Origin: Hydrolagus colliei
Taxonomy: Eukaryota
Direction of reading: 5' to 3'
DNA length: 64,000 nucleotides
NCBI GenBank assembly: GCA_035084275.1
Contig: CM068778.1
Span: forward strand, 1,488,001-1,552,000
Below the pieces are notes generated by a model. The model did not search any database. It was not told the origin of the DNA and was given only the letters and a program-made list of their open reading frames with translations. Position numbers and translations under genes: made by a program. This document shows, in pieces, positions 11,200 through 24,591 of the stretch (within the stretch, counting starts at the first letter, position 1; every line of letters begins with the position of its first letter).

Positions 11200-11842
11200 A
11201 TGAGTCTGTCCTTTCTCACTGTCTCTCTGATCTCCATCCTCTGGCCCTGTGAGTATCTCTTCACATCTCCCAATTCTCCACAGGTTCCCAAATGCCTTGG
11301 GATATCATGCGATCCTCCACTTTTCATGTCTGAAATGAACCTAATCTGTGTCTGTGGAAAGTCAATCCAAATCAATCAATCAATCAATCAAAACTTACAT
11401 TTATATAGCGCCTTTCACGTCAGGAGGGTGTCCCAGTGTATGTGTGTTTGTGTCTGTGTGTGTGTGTCAGTGATCCCGGGAATCAGACCAGGACATTCCC
11501 TGTGGGCAGGATGATGGATGTTACATTGTCTTTGCAGGTCTGTCCCTGGCAAAGTTGGTGACTCAGAGGCCGGGGACAGTCACAGCCAGAGAGGGAGAGA
11601 CTGTGACTTTCAGGTGTCACCACGAAGATACGAACCTGTTTACAATGCTCTGGTACCTCCAACTCCATCAGGGAGGCCTCACATTGATTGGATATATCAC
11701 TGATTCAAAGCCAAAGAACGAGATAGAATTTATATCTGGCTATAACATTACACAGACTACTGAAAACAAGAAGTCCTCCCTGGAGATCTCCATCAGGAAC
11801 ACAGCCCAGGAGGGTGTGTATTACTGTGCTGCTAGACAAGGG
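11200..11842 (+). CDS. TRBV: V9: TCR beta-like V segment (HHEDTNLFT type)
   Basis: Leader 11200-11248, V exon 11538-11842, RSS 11843-11881 (CACAGCG/23). Confidence 0.9.
11363..11435 (-). mobile_element. Short L2-clade/SINE-type 3' tail fragment, antisense, in the V9 intron
   Basis: Reverse strand reads ...gacgtgaaaggcgctatataaatgtaagtttt(gatt)n. Paralogs at about 13835, 33886, 36347 and 53828. Confidence 0.6.
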
Positions 11843-12381
11843 CACAGCGTGAGAGAGAGACAGATCTCTCATACATAAACCTCACGCAGGATACACAAAC
11901 ATTCGCTTCACCACACACACACAGACACACACAACAAGAAGACTTTCCCCAGCCAACACCTGCCCTCACCTCGCCTACTCGACACACTGTTCTTTCTGTG
12001 TCTCTGTATCTGAATCTACCACCAATTTTGTAAGCCACCCAGTCCAGCCTCTTATAGAGAGTGTAGCTTCACTGAGACACTCCCTACCACAGCCCCACCT
12101 CGCCCTGAGGATGGGGGGAAGGGCCTTTCAGATGTGGGGACGACACGTTGGTGCCTGTATTTTGCCAGAGCTTCAGCCCACAATGACACAGTGAGAGAGG
12201 GAGAGAGACAGAGGTTAAGTGACAGGGAAAGATACAACCTTCGGGTAATTGGGGGAGAACTATCGAGAAATACACAGAAACAGAGAGTGAGAGAGACAAC
12301 GAATATTCGTGAGGGGAAGAGTGATAGAAACATCAGATAGAGTGTAGATTATCCCAGTGTAATCCCAAATCTCAGACAACA

Positions 12382-12987
12382 ATGTGTCTGTCCTTTCTCA
12401 CTGTCTCTCTGATCTCCATCCTCTGGCCCTGTGAGTATCTCTCCACATCTCTCTATTACCCAGTGCATTAGATGCCCTTTTACCGACGTGAAAAGCGCTC
12501 GTCAAATATGTTGTTGTTGTTACCCACAAACTCTCAAACCCACAGGGCTTTCATATGATTCCCCTCTCTCTGTCTCTGAGATGATCCCGCTTTGCGTCCG
12601 TCCATAATGCCAGGAAATCCCCAAGAAAATACATCCCAGATTCCCTCCCTGTCAACAGGTTCACATTGTTATGTTGTCTCTGCAGGTCTGTCACTGGCAG
12701 AGTTGGTGACTCAGTGGCCGGGGACAGTTACAGCCAGAGAGGGAGAGACTGTGACCTTGAGATGTTACCAGAATGAATCAGCCCTTGAGAGAATGCTCTG
12801 GTACCTCCAACCCCACCAGGGAGGCCTCACATTAATTGGATATCTCTATTACCCACCAACAACTTATGAGGAGGGTTTTAAATCTGGCTACAACATCACA
12901 AAGACAAGTGACAAGGATTCCTCCCTGGAGATCTCCATCAGCAACACAGCCCAGGAGGGGGTGTATTACTGTGCTGCTAGAGAAGGG
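12382..12987 (+). CDS. TRBV: V10: TCR beta-like V segment (probably a chimera)
   Basis: Leader 12382-12430, V exon 12686-12987, RSS 12988-13026 (CACAGTG/23). Confidence 0.9.
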
Positions 12988-13671
12988 CACAGTGTGAGAG
13001 AGAGACAGATCTCTCATACATAAACCTCACACAGGATACACAAACACTCTCTTCACCACACACACACACACACACACACGCTCACAGATACACACAAACC
13101 AGCCTTTCCCACCATCAACACCTGTGCTCACTTTGTCAAGAAATTAACATCAACAGAGACGATTGAGAGACAGAGAGGAAAAGAGAGTAGACATGGCTCC
13201 ATCTCGCCTCCTCTCCTCACTGTTCCCTCTGTCTCTGTTTCTGAATCATTGACATATTTTGTGACTTACTGTTCGCAGTTCATACCCTGGGGGAGGATGC
13301 AGGTTCACGAACGCACCTCCACTCACACAAATCTGCACCTCCCACCAATGTCCCACAGGGGGGCGGGGGAGAGGCACATTTTCTATGTGGTGTCGACACT
13401 TTGGTGTCATTGATGGCTTTATTCTTTCTGTGCTTCATTCCACAGAGATACAAGAGAGATCGTTTGTGTGCGTGTGCATCAGACAGCGAGAGTGTGAGAG
13501 AGAGAGACCGAGCTAGACAACATTTTTGAGAGAAGAGAGTGAAGTCAAGAAAGTAAAATACAAAGACAGAGTGTGGGCGATAAGGAAAGACCATATGTAG
13601 GAGAGAAGAAGGGAGAGAAACCTGAGCTCCGGTGTGAAGATCCCAAAGTTAATCTCAAGTCTCTGCCAACA

Positions 13672-14314
13672 ATGAGTCTGTCCTTTCTCACTGTCTCTCT
13701 GATCTCCATCCTCTGGCCCTGTGAGTATCTCTTCACATCTCCCAATTCTCCACAGGTTCCCAAATGCCTTGGGATATCATACGATCCTCCACTTTTCATG
13801 TCTGAAATGAACCTAATCTGTGTCTGTGGAAAGTCAATCCAAATCAATCAATCAATCAATCAAAACTTACATTTATATAGCGCCTTTCACGTCAGGAGGG
13901 TGTCCCAGTGTATGTGTGTTTGTGTCTGTGTGTGTGTGTCTCTGATCCCGGGAATCAGACCAGGACATTCTCTGAGGGCAGGATGATGGATGTTACATTG
14001 TCTTTGCAGGTCTGTCCCTGGCAAAGTTGGTGACTCAGAGGCCGGGGACAGTCACAGCCAGAGAGGGAGAGACTGTGACTTTCAGGTGTCACCACGATGA
14101 TACGACCCTGTTTACAATGCTCTGGTACCTCCAACTCCATCAGGGAGGACTCACATTGATTGGATATATCCGAGATTCAAACCCGAAGAATGAGATAGAA
14201 TTTATATCTGGCTATAACATTACACAGACTGATGAGAACAAGAAGTCCTCCCTGGAGATCTCCATCAGGAACACAGCCCAGGAGGGGGTGTATTACTGTG
14301 CTGCTAGAGAAGGG
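13672..14314 (+). CDS. TRBV: V11: TCR beta-like V segment
   Basis: Leader 13672-13720, V exon 14010-14314, RSS 14315-14353 (CACAGCG/23). Confidence 0.9.
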
Positions 14315-14853
14315 CACAGCGTGTGAGAGAGACAGATCTCTCATACATAAACCTCACGCAGGATACACAAACATTCGCTTCACCACACACACACAGACAC
14401 ACACAACAACCAGACTTTCCCCAGCCAACACCTGCCCTCACCTCGCCTACTCTCCACACTGTTCTTTCTGTGTCTCTGTATCTGAATCTACCACCAATTT
14501 TCTAAGCCACCCAGTCCAGCCTCTTATAGAGAGTGTAGCTTCACTGAGACACTCCCTACCACAGCCCCACCTCCCCCTGAGGATGGGGGGAAGGGCCTTT
14601 CAGATGTGGAGGCGACACATTGGTGCCTGTATTTTGCCAATGCTTCAGCCCACAATGACACAGTGAGAGAGGGAGAGAGACAGAGGTTAAGTGACAGGGA
14701 AAGATACAACCTTCGGGTAATTGGGGGAGAACTATCGAGAAATACACAGAAACAGAGAGTGAGAGAGACAACGAATATTCGTGAGGGGAAGAGTGATAGA
14801 AACATCAGACAGAGTGTAGATTATCCCAGTGTAATCCCAAATCTCAGACAACA

Positions 14854-15462
14854 ATGTGTCTGTCCTTTCTCACTGTCTCTCTGATCTCCATCCTCTGGCC
14901 CTGTGAGTATCTCTCCACATCTCTCTATTACCCAATACATTAGATGCCCTTTTCCCGACGTGAAAAGCGCTCGTCAAATATGTTGTTGTTGTTACCCACA
15001 AACTCTCAAACCCACAGGGCTTTCATATGACTCCCCTATCTCTGTCTCTGAGATGATCCCGCTTTGTGTCCGTCCATAATGCCAGGAAATCCCCAAGAAA
15101 ATTCATCCCAGATTCCCTCCCTGTCAACAGGTTCACATTGTTATGTTGTCTTTGCAGGTCTGTCACTGGCTGAGTTGGTGACTCAGTGGCCGGGGACAGT
15201 CACAGCCAGAGAGGGAGAGACTATGACCTTGAGATGTTACCAGAACACCTCAGCCCTACAAACGATGCTCTGGTACCTCCAACCCCACCAGGGAGGCCTC
15301 ACATTGATAGGATATATCTATTACCCACCAACAATTTATGAGGAGGGTTTTAAATCTGGCTACAACATCACTAAGACAACAGACAAAAAGGATTCTTCCC
15401 TGGAGATCTCCATCAGCAACACAGCCCAGGAGGGGATGTATTACTGTGCTGCTAGAGAAGGG
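14854..15462 (+). CDS. TRBV: V12: TCR beta-like V segment
   Basis: Leader 14854-14902, V exon 15158-15462, RSS 15463-15501 (CACAGTG/23). Confidence 0.9.
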
Positions 15463-15988
15463 CACAGTGTGAGAGAGAGACAGATCTCTCATACATAAAC
15501 CTCACACAGGATATACAACGTTTCTGTTCACCACACACACACAATTCATGTTTTTCCCCCCCATCAACACCTGCCCTCAGTCTTCGCCAAATTCAAGCAC
15601 ATCAACACACACGATTGAGAGACAAGGGAGAACAAGAGGCTGTAGCTTTACTGAGACACCGCTCCTTCCGCCATATCTCAAGCCTCTCACTGGAGAGGCG
15701 ATGCAGTCACTTCCAAAGTGATGCCAACACTTTATGTGATTGGTGGCTTTACCCTGCCAGAGGTTCATTCCACAGAGTCAAAGAGAGAGAGAGGAGTGTG
15801 TGTGTGTGTGTGTGTGTGTAAGAGGGCGAGATAGAGCTCGGCAAACTTTGCAAAGAGCAGAGTCAAGTTCAGAAAGCTAAATACAAACACAGAGTGTGGA
15901 AGATAAGAAAGAGTGTATGTGAGAGAGAAGACGGGGAAAACACAAGCTCTGTGAAGATCCCAAATTTAATCTCAAGTCTCCACCAACG

Positions 15989-16552
15989 ATGAGACTGTCC
16001 TTTCCTGTTGTCTCTCTGATTCCCATCCTCTGGCCCTGTGAGTATCTCTCCACATCTCTCAATTCCCACTCAGGCTCCCAATTCCACTAAGATTTTGTAA
16101 CATCCCCCATTCTCTCTGTCTGAGATGGTCCCAATCTTTGTTTGTGTGTACGTGACTGTGTGTGTACGGGAGTATGTGTTTAATCCCTGGAGTCAGACCA
16201 GCACATTCCCTGTGGACATGATGATGGATGTAATATTGTCTTTGCAGGTCTGTCACTGGCAGAGTTGGTGACTCAGTGGCCCGGGACAGTCACAGCAAAA
16301 GAGGGAGAGACAGTGATTTTGAAATGCTACCAGAATAATACAGCCCTCGGTACAATGCTCTGGTACCTCCAACCCCATCTGGGAGGCCTCAAATTAATTG
16401 GATACAGCCTTACTACAAGCCCAAATTATGAGAAAGATTTTCCAGCTGGCTTCAAAATCACAAAGACAAGTGACGACAAGGATTCCTCCCTGGAGATCTC
16501 CATCAGCAACACAACCCAGGAGAGGGTGTATTTCTGTGCCGCTAGAGAAGGG
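15989..16552 (+). CDS. TRBV: V13: TCR beta-like V segment
   Basis: Leader 15989-16037 (MRLSFPVVSLIPILWP), V exon 16248-16552, RSS 16553-16591 with variant nonamer ACGTAAACC. Confidence 0.88.
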
Positions 16553-17155
16553 CACAGCGTGAGAGAGAGACAGATCTCTCATACGTAAACCTCACACAGG
16601 ATACACAACCAATCTCTTCACCACAAACACAAACCAGTCTCTTCCCCCAACCAACACCTGCTCTCACTTTGTCAAAAACTAAAGACATCACCACAGACGA
16701 TTGAGAGACAGAGAGAAAAAGAGGTTCAGGGACAGTGTAGACATGGCTCCATCTCACCTTCTCTCCACACTGTTCCCTCTGTCTCTGTTTCTCAAACATG
16801 GACCAATTTTGTGACCAACTGTTACCAGTCTATACCGTGGGGGAGGCTGTAGCTTCACTAAAACACCATCTCCCCAACCCCACATCTGCACCTCCCACCA
16901 ATGTCCCACAGGGGGGCGGGGGAGAGGCACATTTCCTATCTGGTGTCGATACTTGGTATCATTCATGGCTCTATTCTGCCAGTGCTTCATGAGATATAGA
17001 GAGAGATTGTTTGCGTGTCCGTGTGTAGTGCGACATTAAGAAGTGGCGTATGAATGTAAGAGAGAGAGAAAGAGAGAGAGAGGTGACAACCTGAGCTCTG
17101 GTGTGTGAATCGCAAGTGAAGAGTTGCCATCAGTAATCCCAAGTCTCTTCCAACA

Positions 17156-17714
17156 ATGAGTCTGTCCTTTCTCACTGTCTCTCTGATCTCCATCCTCTGG
17201 CCATGTGAGCATCTCTCCACATCTCTCAATTGCCCTCAGGCTCCCAATTCCCACTGGGATTCTACGTCACCACCATTGCCTGAGCTAAATAATCACACTG
17301 TGTGTGAGAGTGTGTGTGTTGGTGTGTGTGAGTGTATGTGTGTGTTCCCGGGAATCAGACCAGACCATTCCCTGTGGACAGGATGGAGAATGTTATTTTG
17401 TTTTTGCAGGTCTGCCAGTGGGAGCCTTGATGACTCAGTGGCCGGGGACAGTCACAGCCAGAGAGGGAGAGACTGTGACTTTGAGATGTTACCAGAACGA
17501 CACAGCCCTTACTGCAATGCTCTGGTACCTCCAAACCCATCAGGGAGGCCTCACATTGATCGGATATGCCGTACTGTCAAACCCAAATTATGAGAAGGGT
17601 TTTGATACTGATTACAAAATTACACAGATTGGTGGCAACAAGGAATCCTCCCTGGAGATCTCCATCAGCAACACTACCCAGGAGGGGGTGTATTACTGTG
17701 CTGCTAGAGAAGGG
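17156..17714 (+). CDS. TRBV: V14: TCR beta-like V segment
   Basis: Leader 17156-17204, V exon 17410-17714, RSS 17715-17753 (CACAGCG/23). Confidence 0.9.
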
Positions 17715-18379
17715 CACAGCGTTAGAGAGAGACAGATCTCTCATACATAAACCTCACACAGGATACACAATGTCTCAGTTTACCACACACACACAGAGAC
17801 ACACACACAAACCAGCCTTTTCCCCCACCAACACCTGCTCTCACTTTGCCAAAAATGAAAGACATCAACTCAGACGATTGAGAGACAGAGAGAAAAAGAG
17901 GTTCAGGGACAGAGGACAGAAGGTGACATGATTCCATCTCACCTTCTCTCCATACTGTTCCCTCTGTCTCTGTAACTTTCACCAATTTTGTGACTGACTG
18001 TTACCAGTCTACACCCTGGGGGAGGCTGTAGCTTCACTAAAACACCACCTCCCCTCCCCCACATCTGAACCGCCCATTAATGTCCTATAGGTGGGCGGGG
18101 GAGGAGGCACATTTCCCAATTGGTGCCGTCACTTTTGTGTCATTGATGGCTTTATTCTGCCAGTGCTTTATTCCAAAGTGATGCAGATAGATAGTATGTG
18201 TGTATGAGAGAGTGAGAGTCAAAGAAACCGAGCTAGACAACGTTTATGAGAGTAGGGAGTCCAGTTTGGAAAGTTACATACAAAGACAGAGTGTGGGCGA
18301 TAAGGAAAGAGAGAAGAAGGGAGAGAAACCTGAGCTCTAATGTGAAGATCCCAAGATTAGTCTCAAGTCTCCGCCAACG

Positions 18380-18930
18380 ATGAGTCTGTCCTTTCTCACT
18401 GTCGCTCTGATCTCCATCCTCTGGCCCTGTGAGTATCGCTCCACATCTCTCAATTTTCCACAGGTTCCCAAATCCCTTGGGATATCATAACATCCCCCAC
18501 TCTTTCTGAGATGATTCTACTCTGTGTCTGTGTATATGTCAGTGTGTGTGTGTGTCTTTGACCCTGTGTATCACACCAGGACACTCCCTGTGGACATGAT
18601 GATGGATGTCACATTGTCTTTGCAGGTCTGTCACTGGCAGAGTTGGTGACTCAGTGGCCGCGGACAGTCACAGCCAGAGAGGGAGAGAATGTGACTTTGG
18701 GATGTTACCAGAATGAGACAGCATATGATAGAATGCTCTGGTACCTCCAACTCCATCAGGGAGGCCTCACATTGATCGGATATGCCTTAGTGTCAAACCC
18801 AACTTATGAGAAGGGTTTTGACGCTCATTACAAAATAACACAGACTGGTGGCAACAAAGAATCCTCCCTGGAGATCTCCATCAGCAACACAGCCCAGGAG
18901 GGGGTGTATTACTGTGCTGCTAGACAAGGG
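18380..18930 (+). CDS. TRBV: V15: TCR beta-like V segment
   Basis: Leader 18380-18428, V exon 18626-18930, RSS 18931-18969 (CACAGCG/23). Confidence 0.9.
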
Positions 18931-20006
18931 CACAGCGTGAGAGAGAGACAGATCTCTCATACATAAACCTCACACAGGATACACAACCAATCTCTTCACC
19001 ACAGACACAAACCAGTCTCTTCCCCCAACCAACACCTGCTCTCACTTTGTCAAAAACTAAAAACATCAACACAGATGATTGAGAGACAGAGAGAATTAGA
19101 GGTTCAGGGACAGTGTAGACATGGCTCCATCTCACCTTCTCTCCACACTGTTCCCTCTGTCTCTGTTTCTGAAACGTGGACAAATTTTATGACCAACTGT
19201 TACCTTTCTATACCGTGGGGGAGGCTGTATCTTCACTAAAACACCATCTCCCCAACCCCACATCTGCACCTCCCACCAATGTCCCACAGGGGGGCGGGGG
19301 AGAGGCACATTTCCTATCTGGTGTCGATACTTGGTATCATTCATGGCTCTATTCTGCCAGTGCTTCATGAGATATAGAGAGAGATTGTGTGTGTGTGTGA
19401 GAGAGAGACAGCGAGAATGGTAGAGAGAGACCAAGCAAGACAGCATTTCTGAGAGAAGAGAGTGAAGTTAAGAAAGTTAAATATAATACTCTCTGCACTA
19501 TCTGTGTCTCTCACTCTCTGGGTCCTTCCGATGTTGTGTCCTCCCAAGATGCTCTATAAATATCATTTTGTTGTTGTGGTTAAGTCTCTGAATTTTAGAC
19601 CAATTTGGCCACCTGCTGTTCTCAGTCCATACCATTGGGGACGCTGCAGCTTCACTAAGTCACCCCCCCATCCCCCACATATACCTCCCACCAATGTGAC
19701 ACTGCGAGGGTGGGGTGAGGGGCAGGATTCCCACATCTGATGTTCTGCAGACGCTTCAGTGCCATTGTTGCCTTTACTCTGCCAGAGCTTCATTCCACGG
19801 ACGCAGATAGAGAGGGGGCCTGTGGGGAGAGGGTTTGTGTGAGACAGTGAGAGGCAGTGTTGGCGTGACAGGGGGCAGTTCTTTCAATTAGGAAATAGGA
19901 AATGAGCCAGTGAGATATAAAGTGTGGAGGCGAGAGAGACATTGTGGGAGAGATCGCTGAGCTCTGGTGTGAAGATCTCCAGGTGAATCTCAAATCTCCG
20001 CCAACA

Positions 20007-20552
20007 ATGAGTCTGGCCTTTCTTGCTGTCTCTCTGACCTCCATCCTCTGGCCCTGTGAGTATCTCTCATCATTTTACTTTTTCCCTCAAACTCTCAAAT
20101 CCACTTGGATTTCATATCACACCCCTCTCCTCTTGTCCGACATTATACCACATTTCTGTGTATAGGTTTGGAAACCCAGCATCTCTCCCAGGACATTCAG
20201 CCCAGATTCCCTGTCGGCTGGATCACATTGTTATGTTGTCTTTGCAGGTCTGTCACTGACAGAGTTGGTGACTCAGAGGCCGGGGACAGTCACAGCCAGA
20301 GAGGGAGAGACTGTGACTTTGACATGTCAGCACAATAATGCAGACCTTGTTATGATGCTCTGGTACCTCCAACTCCATCAGGGAGGCCTCACGTTAATGG
20401 GATACAGCAGTTACAGAGAGCCAAAGTATGAGAACGGATTTGAATCTGGCTACAGCTTTACACAGTCTAGTGGCTACAAGAACTCCTCACTGGAGATCTC
20501 CATTAGCAACACAACCCAGGAGGGGGTGTATTACTGTGCTGCTAGAGAAGGG
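20007..20552 (+). CDS. TRBV: V16: TCR beta-like V segment
   Basis: Leader 20007-20055, V exon 20248-20552, RSS 20553-20591 (CACAGTG/23). Confidence 0.9.
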
Positions 20553-21247
20553 CACAGTGTGAGAGAGAGACCGATCTCTCATACATAAACCTCACACAGG
20601 ATACACAACGTTTCTGTTCACCACACACAAACTCCATGTGTTCCCCCCCACCAACACCTGCCCTCAGTCTTGGCTAAAAATCAAACATGACAACACAGAC
20701 GTTTGAGAGACAAGAGAGAAAAAGAGGTTCGGGGTCCAGAGAGGACAATAATAACAACAAAATTACATTTGTGTAGCGCCTTTCAAGTCAGGAGATCATC
20801 CCACGGCAATGGACAGTTACAGCTTCAGGATTTGGCTCCATCTTGACTATTCTCCAAACTCTTCTCTCTGTGTCTCTGTCTCCGAGTCTGGGACCAATCT
20901 TGTGACCAACTGTTCCCAATCCATACCCTGGGAGAGGATGTAACTCTAGTGGAGGGAGAGGATGTTGGGGGGGGGAGACAGCTGGCCAACTTCCGATCTG
21001 GGGCTGACACTGAATGCCATTGATGCCTTTACTCTGCCAGAGGTTCATTCCTCAGAGACACAGAGAGAGAATGAAATAGCGAGACAAACTTTGGGAGACA
21101 GGTCGCGTATTATCCGGATAGATAGAACGTTAGTGCGACTTTAAGAAGTGGCGTATGACTGTGAGAGAGAGAGTAAAAGAGAGAGAGAGGGGACAAAGTG
21201 ACCTCTGGTGTGAGAATCGCAAGGTTAATCTCAAGTCTATGCCAACA

Positions 21248-21814
21248 ATGATTCTGCCCTTTCTCACTGTCTCTCTGATCTCCATCCTCTGGCCATGTGA
21301 GTATCTCTCCACATCTCTCAATTGCCCTCAGGCTCCCAATTCCCAATGAGATTCTACGTCACCACCATTGCCTGTCCGACATAATCCAGCTGTGTGTAAG
21401 AGTGTGGAGTCATGTGTGTTGGTGTGTGCGAGTGTATGTGTGTGATCCCAGGAATCAGACCAGATCATTCCCTGTGGACAGGATGGAGAATGTTATTTTG
21501 TGTTTGCAGGTCTGTCAGTGGGAGCCTTGATGACTCAGTGGCCAGGGACAGTCACAGCCAGAGAGGGAGAGATTGTGACTTTGAGATGTTACCAGAACGA
21601 CACAACCAATAATACAATGCTCTGGTACCTCCAACCCCATCATGGAGGCCTCACATTGATCGGTTATTTTTTTCGGTCAAAACCAAATTATGAGAAAGGT
21701 TTTCAATCTGGCTACAACATCACAAAGACAAGTGATGACAAGGATTCCTCCCTGGAGATATCCATCAGCAACACAGCCCACGAGGGGGTGTATTTCTGTG
21801 CCGCTAGACAAGGG
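21248..21814 (+). CDS. TRBV: V17: TCR beta-like V segment
   Basis: Leader 21248-21296, V exon 21510-21814, RSS 21815-21853 (CACAGCG/23). Confidence 0.9.
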
Positions 21815-22429
21815 CACAGCGTGAGAGAGAGACAAATCTCTCATACATAAACCTCACACAGGATACACAACTACTCTCTTCACCACAGACACAAACCAGT
21901 CTCTTCCCCCAACCAACACCTGCTCTCACATTGTCAAAAACTAAAGACATCAACACAGACGATTAAGAGACAGAGAGAATTAGAGGTTCAGGGACAGTGT
22001 AGACATGGCTCCATCTTACCTTCTCTCCACACTGTTCCCTCTATCTCTGTTTCTGAAACGTGGACAAATTTTGTGACCAACTGTTACCAGTCTATACCGT
22101 GGGGGAGGCTGTAGCTTCACTAAAACACCATCTCCCCAACCCCACATCTGCACCTCCCACCAATGTCCCACAGGGGGGCGGGGGAGAGGCACATTTCCTA
22201 TCTGGTGTTGATACTTGGTATCATTCATGGCTCTATTCTGCCAGTGCTTCATTGCACAGAGATATAGAGAGAGATTGTTTGTGTATCCGTGTGTAGTGCA
22301 ACATTAAGAAGTGGCGTATGAATGTGAGAGAGAGAGTAAAAGAGAGAGAGAAAGAGGTGACAACCTGACCTCTGGTGTGTGAATCGCAAGTGAAGAGTTG
22401 CCATCAGTCATTCCAAGTCTCTGCCAACA

Positions 22430-22994
22430 ATGAGTCTGTCCTTTCTCACTGTCTCTCTGATCTCTATCCTCTGGCCATGTGAGTATCTCTCCACATCTCT
22501 CAATTGCCCTCAGGCTCCCAATTCCCACTGGGATTCTACATCACCAACATTGCCTGAGCTAAATAATCCCGCTGTGCGTGAAAGTGTGGAGTCGTGTGTG
22601 TTTGTGTGTGTGAGTTTGTCTATGATCCTGGGAATCAGACCAGACCATTCCCTGTGGACAGGATGGAGAATGTTATTTTGTGTTTGCAGGTCTGTCAGTG
22701 GGAGCCTTGATGACTCAGTGGCCGGGGACAGTCACAGCCAGAGAGGGAGAGACTGTGACTTTGAGATGTTACCAGAACGACACAACCCATCATACAATGC
22801 TCTGGTACCTCCAACCCCATCAGGGAGGCCTCACATTGATCGGATATTTCTATCTGTCAAATCCAAATTATGAGAAGGGTTTTGATACTCACTACAAACT
22901 TATACAGATTGGTGGGAACAAGGATTGCTCCCTGGAGATCTCCATCAGCAACACAACCCAGGAGGGGGTGTATTACTGTGCTGCTAGAGAAGGG
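22430..22994 (+). CDS. TRBV: V18: TCR beta-like V segment
   Basis: Leader 22430-22478, V exon 22690-22994, RSS 22995-23033 (CACAGCG/23). Confidence 0.9.
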
Positions 22995-23300
22995 CACAGC
23001 GTGAGAGAGAGGCAGATCTCTCATACATAAACCTCACACAGGATACACAACATTTCTGTTCCCCACACACAGACACACACACACACACAGACACACAAAC
23101 CAGCCCCCAACACCTGCCCTCTGTCTCTGCAAAAACGAAATACGTCAACACAGACAATTCAGAGAACGAGAGAGAAAGAAAGAAATTCGGGGAAAGAGTG
23201 AGCATTAACAACAACAGCAAAATTACACTTGAATTGCGCCTTTCGCATCAGGTGCATGTCCCAATGTATGGCTCCAACCAGCCTACTCTCCACACTGATC

Positions 23301-24591
23301 AACATGGATTTGTTAAAGGCAAATCTTGCCTTACAAATCTGATAGAATTTTTTGATGAGGTAACGGAATGGGTGGATAATGGTAGCGCAGTTGATGTAGT
23401 TTACATGGACTTTCAAAAGGCATTTGACAAAGTGCCACATGAGAGACTTATTATGAAATTAAAGGCCCATGGCGTAAAAGGGACAGTGGCAGCGTGGATC
23501 CACAACTGGCTGCGAGACAGAAAGCAGAGAGTTGTAGTGAGCGGCTGTTTTTCAGATTGGAGGGAAGTGAGCAGTGGTGTGCCACAGGGATCGGTTTTGG
23601 GACCATTGCTGTTTGTAATCTACATCAATGATCTGGACTTGGGTGTACAGAGTACAGTTTCCAAGTTTGCAGATGACACTAAGTTAGGGAGAATAGTAAA
23701 TAGTGAGGAGGATAGTAGCCATCTGCAAGAGGATATAGACAAATTGGTAAAGTGGGCAGACACATGGCAGATGAAGTTTAATGCAGAGAAGTGTGAGGTG
23801 GTGCATTTTGGGAGAAGAAATCAAGGGAGGCAATATAGGCTAGATAGTACAATTGTAAATGGTGTGAAGGAACAGAGAGACCTGGGGATTTGTGTTAGTG
23901 ACTCGTTGAAGGTGGCAGGACAGGTAGACAAGGCTGTTAAGAAGGCATATGGGATACTAGGCTTTATAAATAGGGGTATAGAGTACAAAAGTCAGGAAGT
24001 GCTGACTAACCTCTATAGGACTTTGGTGAGGCCTCAGCTGGAATACTGTGTTCAATTCTGGTCACCACACTACAGAAAGGATGTGAAGGCATTGGAAAGG
24101 GTGCAGCGAAGATTTACTAGGATGGTGCCAGGATTGAGGGACTTCAGCTATGAGGAGAGGCTAGATAGGCTAGGGTTATTCTCTCTGGAGCAGAGAAGAT
24201 TGAGGGGAGACCTAATAGAGGTTTATAAGATCATGAGGGGTTTCGACAGGGCAAATAGAGAAAAACTATTTCCACTCGTGGGTGAATCTGTGACTCGTGG
24301 TCACAGATTTAAAATAGTTTCAAGGCGAAGTAGAGGGGAGCTGAGGATAAATTTTTTCACTCAGCGAGTTGTTCGAATCTGGAATGCATTGCCTGAAAAG
24401 GTGGTGGAGGCTGATTCGATAACAACTTTTAAAAGGGAATTAGATCTTTATTTAGGGAAAACAGGTCTATTAGGCTATGGGGAGCGGGCAGGGCAGTGGG
24501 ATTGAATCGCTCTTTTCAAAGAGCCAGCACAGACTAGATGGGCCGAATGGCCTCCTTTTGTGCCGTAAAATTCTATGAATCTATGAATCTA
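23301..24591 (+). mobile_element. CR1-clade LINE, 5'-truncated, copy 2 (intergenic, block A only)
   Basis: RT ORF open from QHGFVKGK to the stop at 24505; (AATCTATG)n tail. Candidate TSD TGATC at 23296-23300 and 24592-24596. Empty sites at about 45770 and 62814. Confidence 0.95.

Larger units (their letters stand above)
10549..15501 (+). repeat. Inner tandem duplication, two copies of an approximately 2.47-kb two-gene unit (V9+V10, V11+V12)
   Basis: 10549-13026 and 13027-15501 are near-identical (leader ATG offset 11200 to 13672 = 2472). Also doubled in block B (about 33082-38005); single copy in block C. Confidence 0.88.

Noticed and set aside
16700-16725. Reverse-complement similarity between the post-RSS flank (gattgagagacagagagaaaa) and the leader exon (tttctcactgtctctctgatc)
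   Set aside because: A match of only about 17 nt in GA/TC low-complexity sequence; cannot be distinguished from chance.
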